From: Octopus bimaculoides
Taxonomy: Eukaryota
Length of the DNA: 32,015 bases
Assembly (NCBI RefSeq): GCF_001194135.2
Contig: NC_069000.1
Coordinates: forward strand, 22,774,498 to 22,806,512
Reading direction: 5' to 3'
The notes under the pieces were generated by a model. That model saw nothing but the letters and a program-made list of their open reading frames with translations, searched no databases and was not told where the DNA came from. Positions 10,508 to 21,512 of this stretch are shown piece after piece (positions within the stretch are counted from its first letter, which is position 1; each line of letters starts with the position of its first letter). The translations under genes were made by a program, and so were the position numbers.

Positions 10508-10810
10508 AAAGGCATGATCAATAAATATTCGGACTGTTGTAACGAAGCTAAAACACGCAGAGTGAACCCACTTGACAACAATTGACCTTGAGCTTTGCAG
10601 TCCATGCGCACTAAGTTTTAACGTTCTAGCTCACTGCCACCGTTTACAGCAGTGCTTCGAAGGAAGGTGTGTCACTGACCATGACAGAATAAGTTGTCAT
10701 GGCGATACCTGCTCAGAGGCCTACGCAAAGTTGCAGAAAGTGTATGAAAAGGTATGTATGAGCCGCAGACAAGTGTACGAGTGGTTCAGACGTTTCCAAG
10801 ACGGCTGAAA
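10508..10810 (+). mobile_element. mariner (DD34D-type) transposon 5' fragment
   Basis: TIR-like ggcatgatcaataaatattcggactg. HTH-like peptide GDTCSEAYAKLQKVYEKVCMSRRQVYEWFRRFQDG*. Confidence 0.8.
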
Positions 10811-10821
10811 AATGTATATGT

Positions 10822-11150
10822 ATATGTTGGGGCTACTTTGGTACCCATGTCCGTTCCTTTTATTTGCAAATGCAGTTCGTTATCAAAGAGGAAGTGGTTA
10901 TTCTCCAATATAAATTTGAGCCCTTCCAAAATAAACTCTTTCGGGAGTCTCTCTGAAATGGAATCTAGATGTTTTGCAATCCAGAAGTCAACAGTTTCAA
11001 TTCCTTAACCATGTGGGACGTTAGTATATAAGCTTGTTACGACAAAGCTGACTAAGATTGTGTCTTGGTGTATTTTCTGGGGAATATAGTTCAAGAATTC
11101 CATATCATCTCTGATGTAGCTTGGCACATTTTATATAGGGGTTTCAGAAT
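10822..11150 (-). mobile_element. Penelope-like element reverse transcriptase fragment
   Basis: Translation PSYIRDDMEFLNYIPQKIHQDTILVSFVVTSLYTNVPHG*GIETVDFWIAKH...ILENNHFLFDNELHLQIKGTDMGTKVAPTY contains the PLE RT motifs SFDVxSLYTN and GxxMGxxxAP. Confidence 0.9.
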
Positions 11151-11179
11151 GATATCTAATAATAAGTTGCTTGATGTCT

Positions 11180-11322
11180 AATAAGTTATGTAAGTATGTG
11201 TATGTATATATAGGTATATGTATGTGTATGCATATGTGTGTATATATGTATGTGTGTATGTATATACATGCATATGTGTGAGTATGTATGTATATATAAT
11301 ACATGTGTGTATGTATATATGC

Positions 11323-11370
<48 letters not shown>

Positions 11371-11395
11371 ATGTATATATGTATGTGTGAGTATG

Positions 11396-11482
<87 letters not shown>
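11180..11482. repeat. (TA)n/(TATG)n microsatellite
   Basis: Directly visible. Confidence 0.95.
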
Positions 11483-11617
11483 NNNNNNNNNNNNNNNNNN
11501 NNNNNNNNNNNNNNNNNNNNNNNNNNNNNNNNNNNNNNNNNNNNNNNNNNNNNNNNNNNNNNNNNNNNNNNNNNNNNNNNNNNNNNNNNNNNNNNNNNNN
11601 NNNNNNNNNNNNNNNNN

Positions 11618-11804
11618 CCCCCCCCCCCTCAGTCATGGAATAGATGACTTTGGGACTGCAGCTAGAAAGCTATCTTCCAAGGCACAAGTTTGGGCAAGGT
11701 TGTTTATGGAAGACCAACAATCATCAAAACACAGCCCAGTCCTCAGTCCAGGAATTGAACTCACTACCTCATGATTGTGAGCCCAACGCTCTAACCACTG
11801 GGCC
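11618..11804 (-). mobile_element. tRNA-derived SINE (family C)
   Basis: Minus-strand head ggcccagtggttagagcgttgggctcacaatcatgaggtagtgagttcaattcc has A and B boxes, followed by a non-tRNA body. Confidence 0.7.
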
Positions 11805-11865
11805 AAATAAAATGAGCCAATCGTAGTGGTTAAATAATTGGCATAGCAGTGAACCATTCCTCTAA

Positions 11866-12092
11866 GATAGCAGAAATGTTAGCACGCTGGGTGAAATACT
11901 TAGCAGTATTTTGTCTGCTGCTACGTTCTGAGTTCAAATTCCACTGAGGTCGACTTTGCCTTTCATTCTTTCGGGGTCGATAAATTAAGTACCAGTTACG
12001 CACTGGCGTCAATGTAATCGACTTAATCCCTTTGTCTGTCCTTGTTTGTCCCCTCTATGTTTGGCCCCTTGTGGGCAATAAAGAAATAAGAA
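11866..12092 (+). mobile_element. tRNA-derived SINE (family B)
   Basis: B box gagttcaaattcc, central ctttcattctttcggggtcgataaattaagtacc, A-rich tail. Confidence 0.85.
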
Positions 12093-12269
12093 TCAATTCT
12101 TACAATCAAAAGTTTCTATTCCACCTACATTAATGGTTACAAAATTACAAAAATGGTGAGGTTCCTGAAACAACTTCTGCTGTGGCTATCAGTAATGTTA
12201 TCATATTCTTATTGTTGTAGAGGTTGGGGAACGGCAACGGAACACTGCAACATTGAGAATTGCTATATT

Positions 12270-13032
12270 TCATATACGTACACACATGTGCAATACACAA
12301 ACACACACACTTTTGCACATATGCACACACATACATAACCCCCACAAACACATATGCACATACACATAAATATACACAGATACGTGTGCATGCATACGTG
12401 TGCGTGTGTGTGTGTGTATGTGTGCCTATATATATATATATATATATATACATAAATATTACTCACACATATGCTCACACACACATATATGCATATGCAT
12501 GCATATATAGATGTATGATACATATACATATATATNNNNNNNNNNNNNNNNNNNNNNNNNNNNNNNNNNNNNNNNNNNNNNNNNNNNNNNNNNNNNNNNN
12601 NNNNNNNNNNNNNNNNNNNNNNNNNNNNNNNNNNNNNNNNNNNNNNNNNNNNNNNNNNNNNNNNNNNNNNNNNNNNNNNNNNNNNNNNNNNNNNNNNNNN
12701 NNNNNNNNNNNNNNNNNNNNNNNNNNNNNNNNNNNNNNNNNNNNNNNNNNNNNNNNNNNNNNNNNNNNNNNNNNNNNNNNNNNNNNNNNNNNNNNNNNNN
12801 NNNNNNNNNNNNNNNNNNNNNNNNNNNNNNNNNNNNNNNNNNNNNNNNNNNNNNNNNNNNNNNNNNNNNNNNNNNNNNNNNNNNNNNNNNNNNNNNNNNN
12901 NNNNNNNNNNNNNNNNNNNNNNNNNNNNNNNNNNNNNNNNNNNNNNNNNNNNNNNATATAAAGAGAGAGAGAGGGATATATATATATGTATATATATACA
13001 TATATATTTATATGTATATATCCCTCTCTTTC

Positions 13033-13071
<39 letters not shown>

Positions 13072-13840
13072 ACATGTGTATGTGCGTGTACGCATGTGTG
13101 TGCATGTGCATGTATACATGCATAAATGGGAAGCAAGTTTTCTGTAGGGTTTGCACTTTTGGAAACCTAACTATAATGTATTTTTAAATAGATTTCTTAC
13201 CTTTCAAATTTTACTTTCAAAAGGGTTCACAAAACCATTCAACATATATATTCTATAATTTCAGAGCATGTCATTCATTTATTTTGAAAACTTGTGCTTA
13301 TGTTCATTATCTCCCCACTATATATTGTGCTTTACCCCTCTAATTACCGGCACAGCAAAAATCTCATTTCAATTTGCCTTAAGGCATATATATATGTTTA
13401 AATGTATGCACACACCCACACATGCATGCATGCATGCACACGCACACATACACACATGCATGCACACATTTACATATATATGCATACAGATATGTGTGTA
13501 CACGTTTGGCAAATTGGCACACACTTCCATCATCGCAGAGCACAACTTAATTCAGCTGAACAAAATACTTTTCACTGAAGGTGCTCAATAACTAATTAAA
13601 AATTAATTGCATCTATAACAAAAGACTGTTAAAGAAATGATATTAATGGTAAAGGAGAAAACTCAGAATATACCGAAAGGGAGCAGATGCATATGTGTGT
13701 GTGTGTGTGTGTGTATGTGTGTGTTAAATCTCCTCCTCTCTCTCTCCTTCTATCTCCTTTTTCTCTCCTTCTGTATTTTTCTCTCCTACATGTATGCATA
13801 TATATGTATTTTATGTATATATGTCTATATATGTGTGTGT
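12270..13840. repeat. Microsatellite cluster (CA, TA, GA/CT, CATG)
   Basis: Directly visible. Confidence 0.9.
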
Positions 13841-14259
13841 GTGGCAAGAAGCTTGCTTCTCAACCACATGGTTCCTGGTTCAGTCCCTTTGCGTGGTACC
13901 TTGGGCAAGTCTTCTGCTATAGCTTCTGGCCAACCAAAGCCTTGTGCATGGATTTGGTAGATGGAAACTGAAAGAGGCCCATCGTATGTATATATACGTA
14001 TATACATATATATATGTATATGTTTATGCGTGTATATGTCTTTGTACCTGTGTTTGTCCCCCCACCATCACTTGATAACCAATGCTGTTGTGTTTCCATT
14101 CCCTTAACTTTGTGGTTCAGTAATAGATACCGAGGTAATAAGTACTAGGCTTACGAAGAATAAGTCCTGGAGTTGATTTCTTCGATTAAAAAACCCTTAA
14201 AGATGGTGCTCCAGCATGGCTGCAGACAAATGACTGTAACAAGTAAAAGAATAAAAGAA
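13838..14259 (+). mobile_element. SINE family A, near full length
   Basis: Matches 46-424 in head, CORE-like motif, internal (TA)n and 3' module. Confidence 0.85.
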
Positions 14260-14499
14260 TATATATATATATACATATATATATGTATATGTTTATGCGT
14301 GTATATGTCTTTGTACCTGTGTTTGTCCCCCCACCATCACTTGATAACCAATGCTGTTGTGTTTCCATTCCCTTAACTTTGTGGTTCAGTAATAGATACC
14401 GAGGTAATAAGTACTAGGCTTACGAAGAATAAGTCCTGGAGTTGATTTCTTCGATTAAAAAACCCTTAAAGATGGTGCTCCAGCATGGCTGCAGACAAA
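14012..14499 (+). repeat. 269-bp-period tandem duplication of the SINE A 3' module, ending at a gap
   Basis: 14022.. and 14291.. are identical, including private mutations. Confidence 0.9.
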
Positions 14500-14889
14500 N
14501 NNNNNNNNNNNNNNNNNNNNNNNNNNNNNNNNNNNNNNNNNNNNNNNNNNNNNNNNNNNNNNNNNNNNNNNNNNNNNNNNNNNNNNNNNNNNNNNNNATT
14601 TATACAATTAATAAAAAAACATATATCTAAAAGAAGCACAATCTAAAGAATAGAGCAGTGATTATTACAACAAAATTTTATATCTTGGACATAGAGTTAC
14701 CCAAGGTTTCACATCTTGCGGACAGTTTGTCTATATAAAAAGACAAAAATTTTTTAATTTCTACATTGCAGGTGAGAGGAAAAGCTTGGAAAACAAGAAA
14801 TACATCTTACCAAAAAAAAAAAACGTTAATGGGTATGGATTATTTCCCTTGAACCAGAGGAAAAAAACAACTCTTATAGACCGGAAAAG

Positions 14890-15800
14890 GCCTAACTAGC
14901 AAACAGGGAGATCTTTCTGACTGTTTAACGTGCCAGGTTTGGTATAGTCCTTAAGAATTTTGGCTCTCTCCACGATGCAGATCTTGTAACAGCCACTTCA
15001 ATTAATATATAGGCCTGGATGATCAATTAATTTCCACCTGATATCACACGGGATCCCTTGATCTTTGAGGTACCACACATGGCAGGCCATGTCTTTCTGG
15101 GACTCTGTAAGATAACTGGTGGTTAAGAAAACATCGCCAAATGGAAGTACCCACAGATTCAATAGATTTACAAACATGGGATGTGGCCCTAATTGCACCC
15201 CTGGTAATATAGGGTGTGGGGCTGGTCATCCCATCGGTGCTAAAGGTATTTGGTCATCATCCATGGTGGTGGTACAGGGAACAGCAGATACCTCCTCCAT
15301 GTCGCTGGTCCTGAATTGGTCATCATTTCTAGGCATGGCAATTGTACTGTGATAACGTACATTGTGGGCCTGGTCACTCTATCTGTGTCTATGGATTGTT
15401 CATTATCTGTGGTGGTTGTACTGGGGTCTTTGGTGACACTCTCTGTGACTGGTTATTATCTCTGGGCATGGCAATTGTATTGGCATGAGAGCTGGTTAGT
15501 CTACTGTTGGATGGTACAATACTGTTACTGCGGATAGCAGGTTTAGGTATCACCATAGCCTCATAGATGACCCCTTCAGCCTTGCATCTACTGGACAGTT
15601 ATTATATACTCTGCAAGAGCAACCTGCCTCCTCATTTGTATTGTCGGTACTTGTTAAAATGTTTTTTATGTTAGGTGCACAACTAAAGGAGACTCTTAGG
15701 TTGTGTCTTTTAAATAAATGCCTGTGTCTGTGTGTGTATGTGTGAAATGTTTGTCTATCAATCTAAGGAAAATCTTTCCCACACAAGTTTTGATGTTGAG
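14890..15800 (-). mobile_element. Penelope-like element C-terminal region (linker plus GIY-YIG endonuclease), decayed
   Basis: Peptides GKIFLRLIDKHF..HLFKRHNLRVSFSCAPNIKNIL..GCSCRVYNNCPVD../EGVIYEAMV, then HVCKS..WRCFLNHQLSYR, ACHVWYLKDQGIPCDIRWKLID and CYKICIVERAKIL...GTLN, with frameshifts and stops. Confidence 0.88.
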
Positions 15801-16093
15801 TGAGAAGGCAAGCAACAAAAAATAAGCAAACCAAGCAACATATATATACACATAGACACATTTTTGTCGACAAATCCCTCTGTCAATATTTTCTCTGACT
15901 CCATCCCAATAAGTTTATCCATTATTACATTTACAGATTAACCAGCATATTTTGCTTCAATGGCAAAAATAATATCAAAAAGCATCAGTGACATTTCTCA
16001 AGATACAGTTCTATATTTAAGAGATGAGGAATTATTTACATTATTTACATTATCTACATTTGACGGATATTCGTCCTCATCTTGTTTGTTGTT

Positions 16094-16136
16094 AACACGT
16101 TTCGGCTGATATACCCTCCACCCTTCGTCAGGTGTC
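16094..16136 (-). ncRNA. Minimal type I hammerhead ribozyme, degenerate copy
   Basis: gacac-CTGACGA-A-GGGTG-gagggtatat-CAGCC-GAAACGT-gtt. Relative to 28057-28102 it has a stem II G-G mismatch and a 3-nt deletion at the cleavage site. Confidence 0.7.
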
Positions 16137-16225
16137 TTGGGGAAATTTCGAACCTGGGTTCTCATTCCTATCGATGTTACTATTATTATTATTATTATTA
16201 TTATATCATTATTATTATTATTAAT

Positions 16226-16300
16226 CAGGTCGCTGCCGTGAATCGAACTCGGAACCTTGGGGTTAGTAGCCCGCGCTCTTAACCACTACGCCATATACCC
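16226..16300 (-). pseudogene. tRNA-like sequence (A box tggcgtagtggtt, B box gagttcgattc), loop CTACTAA; not a canonical tRNA
   Basis: The cloverleaf is partly formable, but the acceptor stem is unpaired and the anticodon stem is mismatched. Confidence 0.75.
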
Positions 16301-16629
16301 GTGGGCAATTATGGGGTGAATTTTAAGGCTTATAAATCTATTATTTTTCTATCCTTCCTCAATACCGGTTCCCATATGCTATTCATATCTGCACTCGGTC
16401 TGCTTAGGAGGTTGTTGTGTCCTAGCATATGTGCTGCTTCTTTTAGTTTTCGTATTTCTCAAGATATTCAAGTATTATAAACAGACAGGTGAATGAACCA
16501 TAGAGGAGGCTTCAAAATAGTCATTCAACATGATAGAAACAGCAGATGAATTTGTTTCAGATCACATTCCTACAAGTGGTTAAGATCACATTTGTCACTT
16601 TAGTAGTCATCTTTGATTTTGTAAGCGAC

Positions 16630-16930
16630 AGTATGGTCAGGGCTAGAATGGTCTTTGATCATGAGTCTACTTGATCAAGTTGAACAGGGGCTAAAAAAAC
16701 AAACATCATTGTCAGATTAAGTTTTTCTAATTTTGGAACACAATCAACAGTTTGAGGTGGGGATGGGGAGGTCAATTATATTAATGCCAGTACTTACTTT
16801 ATTGACGTTGAAAGGATGAAAAACAAAGTAGACCTTGATGGTATTTGATCTAAGAATGTAAAGAGCTGGAAGAAATGTCACCCTCTACTTCATCCGACAT
16901 GCTAATGATTCAGTCAACTTGCCACCTTAA
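16630..16930. mobile_element. Decayed SINE pieces: ggggctaaa tail (+, 16630-16705) and family B (-, about 16740-16930)
   Basis: Similarity to the better-preserved copies in this window. Confidence 0.55.
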
Positions 16931-17099
16931 CTTAAGATTAATGGCAGAAATTAGTTATCTGGTGGACAATAATTTGTGATTGTGAAACAATTTTTCTTTT
17001 TTTTTGTCTTTGGTCAGAAGTGTTATTTCCTATTTGTTTCTATCAAGAAATCAAAGAAAATGACTACTATTCCCTTCAGACTTTACTTTTGTGCTCTGG

Positions 17100-17345
17100 A
17101 CATCAATGTTTTGAAATTGACTTATTTTCCATTACATTTCAGACAGATTCGGTGCTGAGTTGCTGAAGCAGAAATATCGTTATAGCAAATATTCTGCTCA
17201 TTACCACAGATTTGCTCACCAGTTGCTTGACCTTAACCACTAGAGCATGTCCTTTAGTGGTCGATGATATTTGCACCACTGATCATTAGCAGGAGTAGAG
17301 GAGGAGCATCATAGCCATGTGTTGAGAGGGATTCTTTGGGGTTTG
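17100..17345. mobile_element. Probable interspersed repeat fragment, class unknown
   Basis: Recognised from memory as a recurrent octopod repeat; there is no second copy in the window, so it is unverified. Confidence 0.3.
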
Positions 17346-17574
17346 AAGAAATGTAACAAAAGCAAAGTTTGAAGGAAATATTAGCCATTTTTCATACTTT
17401 TTAGAGGTAAGCAAATAGGAAAAATAACAGTTGTTACCCAAGGATGAAGATCGTGATAAATTATCACCAAATAGAGAAAAGGCATTTTCCCATGGAATTT
17501 TTCCACAGTAATATAAAACCATTATTATTCCTTGTTACAGCAGATATTTAGATAGTTTTACATCTTTTTACTTC

Positions 17575-17962
17575 GCTTATAGCAACCCATCAAACGGGCT
17601 ATCTTCCTCTACCTCCAGCACATTGTTTCTCATGGGAGTGGATGTGGTTGATAAGACTGACAAAAGATAAACAGATCCTGTGACACTGACACTACTGAAT
17701 ATGACCCCAAACAACAGCTGCATGGGGTTGATGATGACATCTTTTCCTCCCTTCATGCAGTCTCCTGTGTTTGGTTTCAGAATGTTCTACTCCAGCATCA
17801 CACACAGACTTCCATGCCTTCTGATTAATAGCCTAACAGCCTAGGACTCCAAGCAATTGGAGGGAACACCACATAAAATAAGAGACTGCTTCAGATGATC
17901 ATGAAAACGAAGTTTTGGATGTCCATAAGTCCTACTTTCAGTCTTGATGAAAAAGACTGGAA
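17575..17962 (-). mobile_element. RTE-clade LINE 3' end (BovB-like C-terminus)
   Basis: Peptides SRTYGHPKLRFHDHLKQSLILCGVPSNCLES and the CCHH-like CQCHRICLSFVSLINHIHSH. Confidence 0.75.
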
Positions 17963-18190
17963 TTAAGATCATATCATTTAAACAGGCCATATCCAGCCCA
18001 GGTATTCTTCCTGTATTATGTTCAAACCATCCAGATCTGGCTTCTTGCATCTACCCTACAATGTCATTCTAAAATAAACAATCCTATTATCAATATCTCG
18101 AAGTTACAAGACAATGCATGATTAATTCAAAACAGTGTGAATAAATAAGAATTTACATTTGACAGAATAATCTGAATGCTAAAGGGTTAA
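17963..18190. mobile_element. piggyBac-like MITE (TTAA ends)
   Basis: Right end ...tgctaaagggTTAA at 18177-18190. The left end is decayed (ttaa at 17963...catttaaacaggccatatcc). Family assignment is partly from recall. Confidence 0.6.
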
Positions 18191-18389
18191 AGGAGATTTA
18201 GTTGTTTGCCGCAAGTAAGGGATTGCATGGAAATTTCCTTGTTGGCTTATCGACTTGTATTTGTCTAGCTTGATGGCTGGCCAGTGAGATAGTTGATTGG
18301 TTGTCTAGTTTGTTCTCTGACTAGTTGGTGGAATGCTCGACTGATTGTCATTGGTGTTGCTGTTATTTACCCCCAGCTCAGCTCTGATT

Positions 18390-18891
18390 ACTCTTTTACT
18401 CTTTTTACTCTTTTACTTGTTTCAGTCATTTGACTGCGGCCATGCTGGAGCACTGCCTTTAGTCGAGCAAATCGGCTCCCAGGACTTATTCTTTGTAAGC
18501 CTAGTACTTATTCTATCGGTCTCTTTTGCCGAATCGCTAAGTTACGGGGACATAAACACACTAGCATTGGTTGTCAAGCGATGGTGGGGGGACAAACACA
18601 GACACACAAACACATATATATATGATGGGCTTCTTTCAGTTTCTGTCTCACAAGGCTTTCGTCGGCCCAAGGCTATAGTAGAAGACACTTGCCCAAGGTG
18701 CCACGCAGTGGGACTGAACCCAAAATAATGTGGTTGGTAAGCAAGCTACTTTATTTCAATAATTGGCCATTGAGGCCTTACATAGAGTGCAAGTAGCAGG
18801 GCTGGACAAAGACATTTATGAACATAATGAAAGATGATAAAGATGAAAAATGAGAGGGGCACTTACTTACCACACAGCCACTCCTGCACCT
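18390..18891 (-). mobile_element. SINE family A, full length, interrupted at 18752-18868 and nested in another SINE tail
   Basis: Reverse-complement match to 46-424. The head is split gctactt|insert|accacacagcc. Flanked by tgatt duplication candidates. Confidence 0.85.
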
Positions 18892-19319
18892 ATGATTGAG
18901 TACATTTATGATCAAAACCATTCCAGCCATGACCATTTTTTATTTTTACCTTTGTGCGAGGAACTCTTAGACCTCATTACCCAATGTATCCCTTTTTTCC
19001 CCCTTTTAAAGCAGTGGAGTACAAATCAAAGAAAAACCATTTGCTCTTATAGTAGGTCGAACCCCTTTATCAGGTGGTTGTCTGCCTGGTCAGTAGGTTT
19101 GCCGGCTAAGGGGTGTAGTAGTTAGAAGTCTAAGGGGGTCATAGGTAGATTGAAGGTCTGTATGTCTGACTGACTGTCGGGTAAACATACTACAATGGCT
19201 CATCCACCCAGACATTGCAGCTCTACAACATATTCTATAAAATATGATTATTTCTTACATAATATCTGATTGTTAACATTTCAGATGAGAGAAACTTCTC
19301 TGATAACATATTTCCATGT

Positions 19320-19340
19320 CAATATATCAACATCAACATC

Positions 19341-19375
<35 letters not shown>

Positions 19376-19750
19376 NNNNNNNNNNNNNNNNNNNNNNNNN
19401 NNNNNNNNNNNNNNNNNNNNNNNNNNNNNNNNNNNNNNNNNNNNNNNNNNNNNNNNNNNNNNNNNNNNNNNNNNNNNNNNNNNNNNNNNNNNNNNNNNNN
19501 NNNNNNNNNNNNNNNNNNNNNNNNNNNNNNNNNNNNNNNNNNNNNNNNNNNNNNNNNNNNNNNNNNNNNNNNNNNNNNNNNNNNNNNNNNNNNNNNNNNN
19601 NNNNNNNNNNNNNNATATATAAATATATGCACACAAATACACACGTGTTCAAACACACATATGCATACACAAACAACGCACACAAATATATATATACATA
19701 TATATATATTTATACACACGCCCACACACATATATATATGTGTGTATATA

Positions 19751-19802
<52 letters not shown>

Positions 19803-19830
19803 TATACTCACACGCACGCACATATATACA
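19320..19830. repeat. (TA)n/(CA)n microsatellites around a gap
   Basis: Directly visible. Confidence 0.95.
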
Positions 19831-20265
19831 TAAACCATCTTATATTACATTGTCAGAAAGTTTCTAAAACCAGTGATTTAGACCTATCAACCTTATGTTA
19901 TTAGATCCTGAGTTTATCATCCAGCTCTGACAGGCTACAAAGATGCAAGAAGTCAGAGAAGAAGGTGGAGACGAAGGTGGCTGTTGTTTTATCATCTCTA
20001 CTAAAAATATGCTTCTATGCCAACATTGTTGAAACTCAAAGGCAGTTGGTCTGCCAAACACAAAGATTAGGTGTTTGATGAGCATAATTTACAGCGTGCA
20101 GTTCAAATATGTTTGCTGGTTCTATTCCTATAAAAGTATAGCACCAAATTTTACCTTAATTGAATATATTGCTGGGTTAGCTCATCTGAGCAGAAGATTC
20201 TCTTCTAGCAGAGCACAGAACCAGAGTAGAAGTGGAATCTCTGCAAAAATTTCTCTAAACAAAAG

Positions 20266-20266
20266 T

Positions 20267-20332
<66 letters not shown>

Positions 20333-20456
20333 TTACTACTGCTGCTGTTGCTGCTGCTGCTGTTACGACTACTAATACTACTGCCATTACTACCACCTGC
20401 ACTTTGAACACTAGAAACTTGTTTACCATGTACATATGTATGTGTGTATGTATGTG

Positions 20457-20506
<50 letters not shown>
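20266..20506. repeat. (CTA)n-(CTG)n compound repeat followed by (TA)n
   Basis: Directly visible. Confidence 0.95.
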
Positions 20507-21225
20507 NNNNNNNNNNNNNNNNNNNNNNNNNNNNNNNNNNNNNNNNNNNNNNNNNNNNNNNNNNNNNNNNNNNNNNNNNNNNNNNNNNNNNNNNNNNNNN
20601 NNNNNNNNNNNNNNNNNNNNNNNNNNNNNNNNNNNNNNNNNNNNNNNNNNNNNNNNNNNNNNNNNNNNNNNNNNNNNNNNNNNNNNNNNNNNNNNNNNNN
20701 NNNNNNNNNNNNNNNNNNNNNNNNNNNNNNNNNNNNNNNNNNNNNNNNNNNNNNNNNNNNNNNNNNNNNNNNNNNNNNNNNNNNNNNNNNNNNNNNNNNN
20801 NNNNNNNNNNNNNNNNNNNNNNNNNNNNNNNNNNNNNNNNNNNNNNNNNNNNNNNNNNNNNNNNNNNNNNNNNNNNNNNNNNNNNNNNNNNNNNNNNNNN
20901 NNNNNNNNNNNNNNNNNNNNNNNNNNNNNNNNNNNNNNNNNNNNNNNNNNNNNNNNNNNNNNNNNNNNNNNNNNNNNNNNNNNNNNNNNNNNNNNNNNNN
21001 NNNNNNNNNNNNNNNNNNNNNNNNNNNNNNNNNNNNNNNNATATATTTATCTACACATGTGTGTGTACATACGCATGCATGTATGCAAATAGATAAGTAA
21101 TCAATATAAATATTTATGTTGTCTACAAAAGCTCCTAATATACAACTCAACTATAGCATTACAATTGAGAATAAACATATACACTCATTAATTGCACTTA
21201 ACTGGATTCGTTTGATATATGTGTA

Positions 21226-21237
21226 CTTCTACTACTA

Positions 21238-21303
<66 letters not shown>

Positions 21304-21327
21304 ATGATGATGGTGATGGTGATGATG

Positions 21328-21378
<51 letters not shown>

Positions 21379-21440
21379 CTTCTCCTGTTGCTGCTGCTGC
21401 TACTGCTGTTGTTGCTGCTGCTGATAATAATAATAATGGT
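21226..21440. repeat. (CTA)n-(CTG)n-(GAT)n-(TAA)n compound repeat
   Basis: Directly visible. Confidence 0.95.
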
Positions 21441-21512
21441 CTCAAATTTTGGCACAAGGCCAGCAGGTTTGAGGGAGGGAATAAGTTGATTACATCCCAC
21501 CCCCCCCAGTGC

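Larger units (their letters stand above)
16002..16460 (-). mobile_element. Penelope-like element 3' end (pLTR) containing a tRNA-like sequence, (TAA)n, an HHR and a terminal hairpin
   Basis: 16458-16330 encodes EIRKLKEAAHMLGHNNLLSRPSADMNSIWEPVLRKDRKIIDL*, like a PLE GIY-YIG C-terminus. It shares its 3' end point with the copy at 27974. Confidence 0.8.

Noticed and set aside
14695-14725. GAAACC-ttg-GGTA on the minus strand as an HHR half
   Set aside because: No CUGANGA and no stem I.
16226-16300. Functional tRNA-Ser(ACT) gene
   Set aside because: The acceptor stem does not pair, the anticodon stem is mismatched, and it is embedded in a repeat.
17841-18050. 69-aa ORF as a gene
   Set aside because: It is a chimera of MITE sequence (N-terminal part) and decayed RTE coding sequence.
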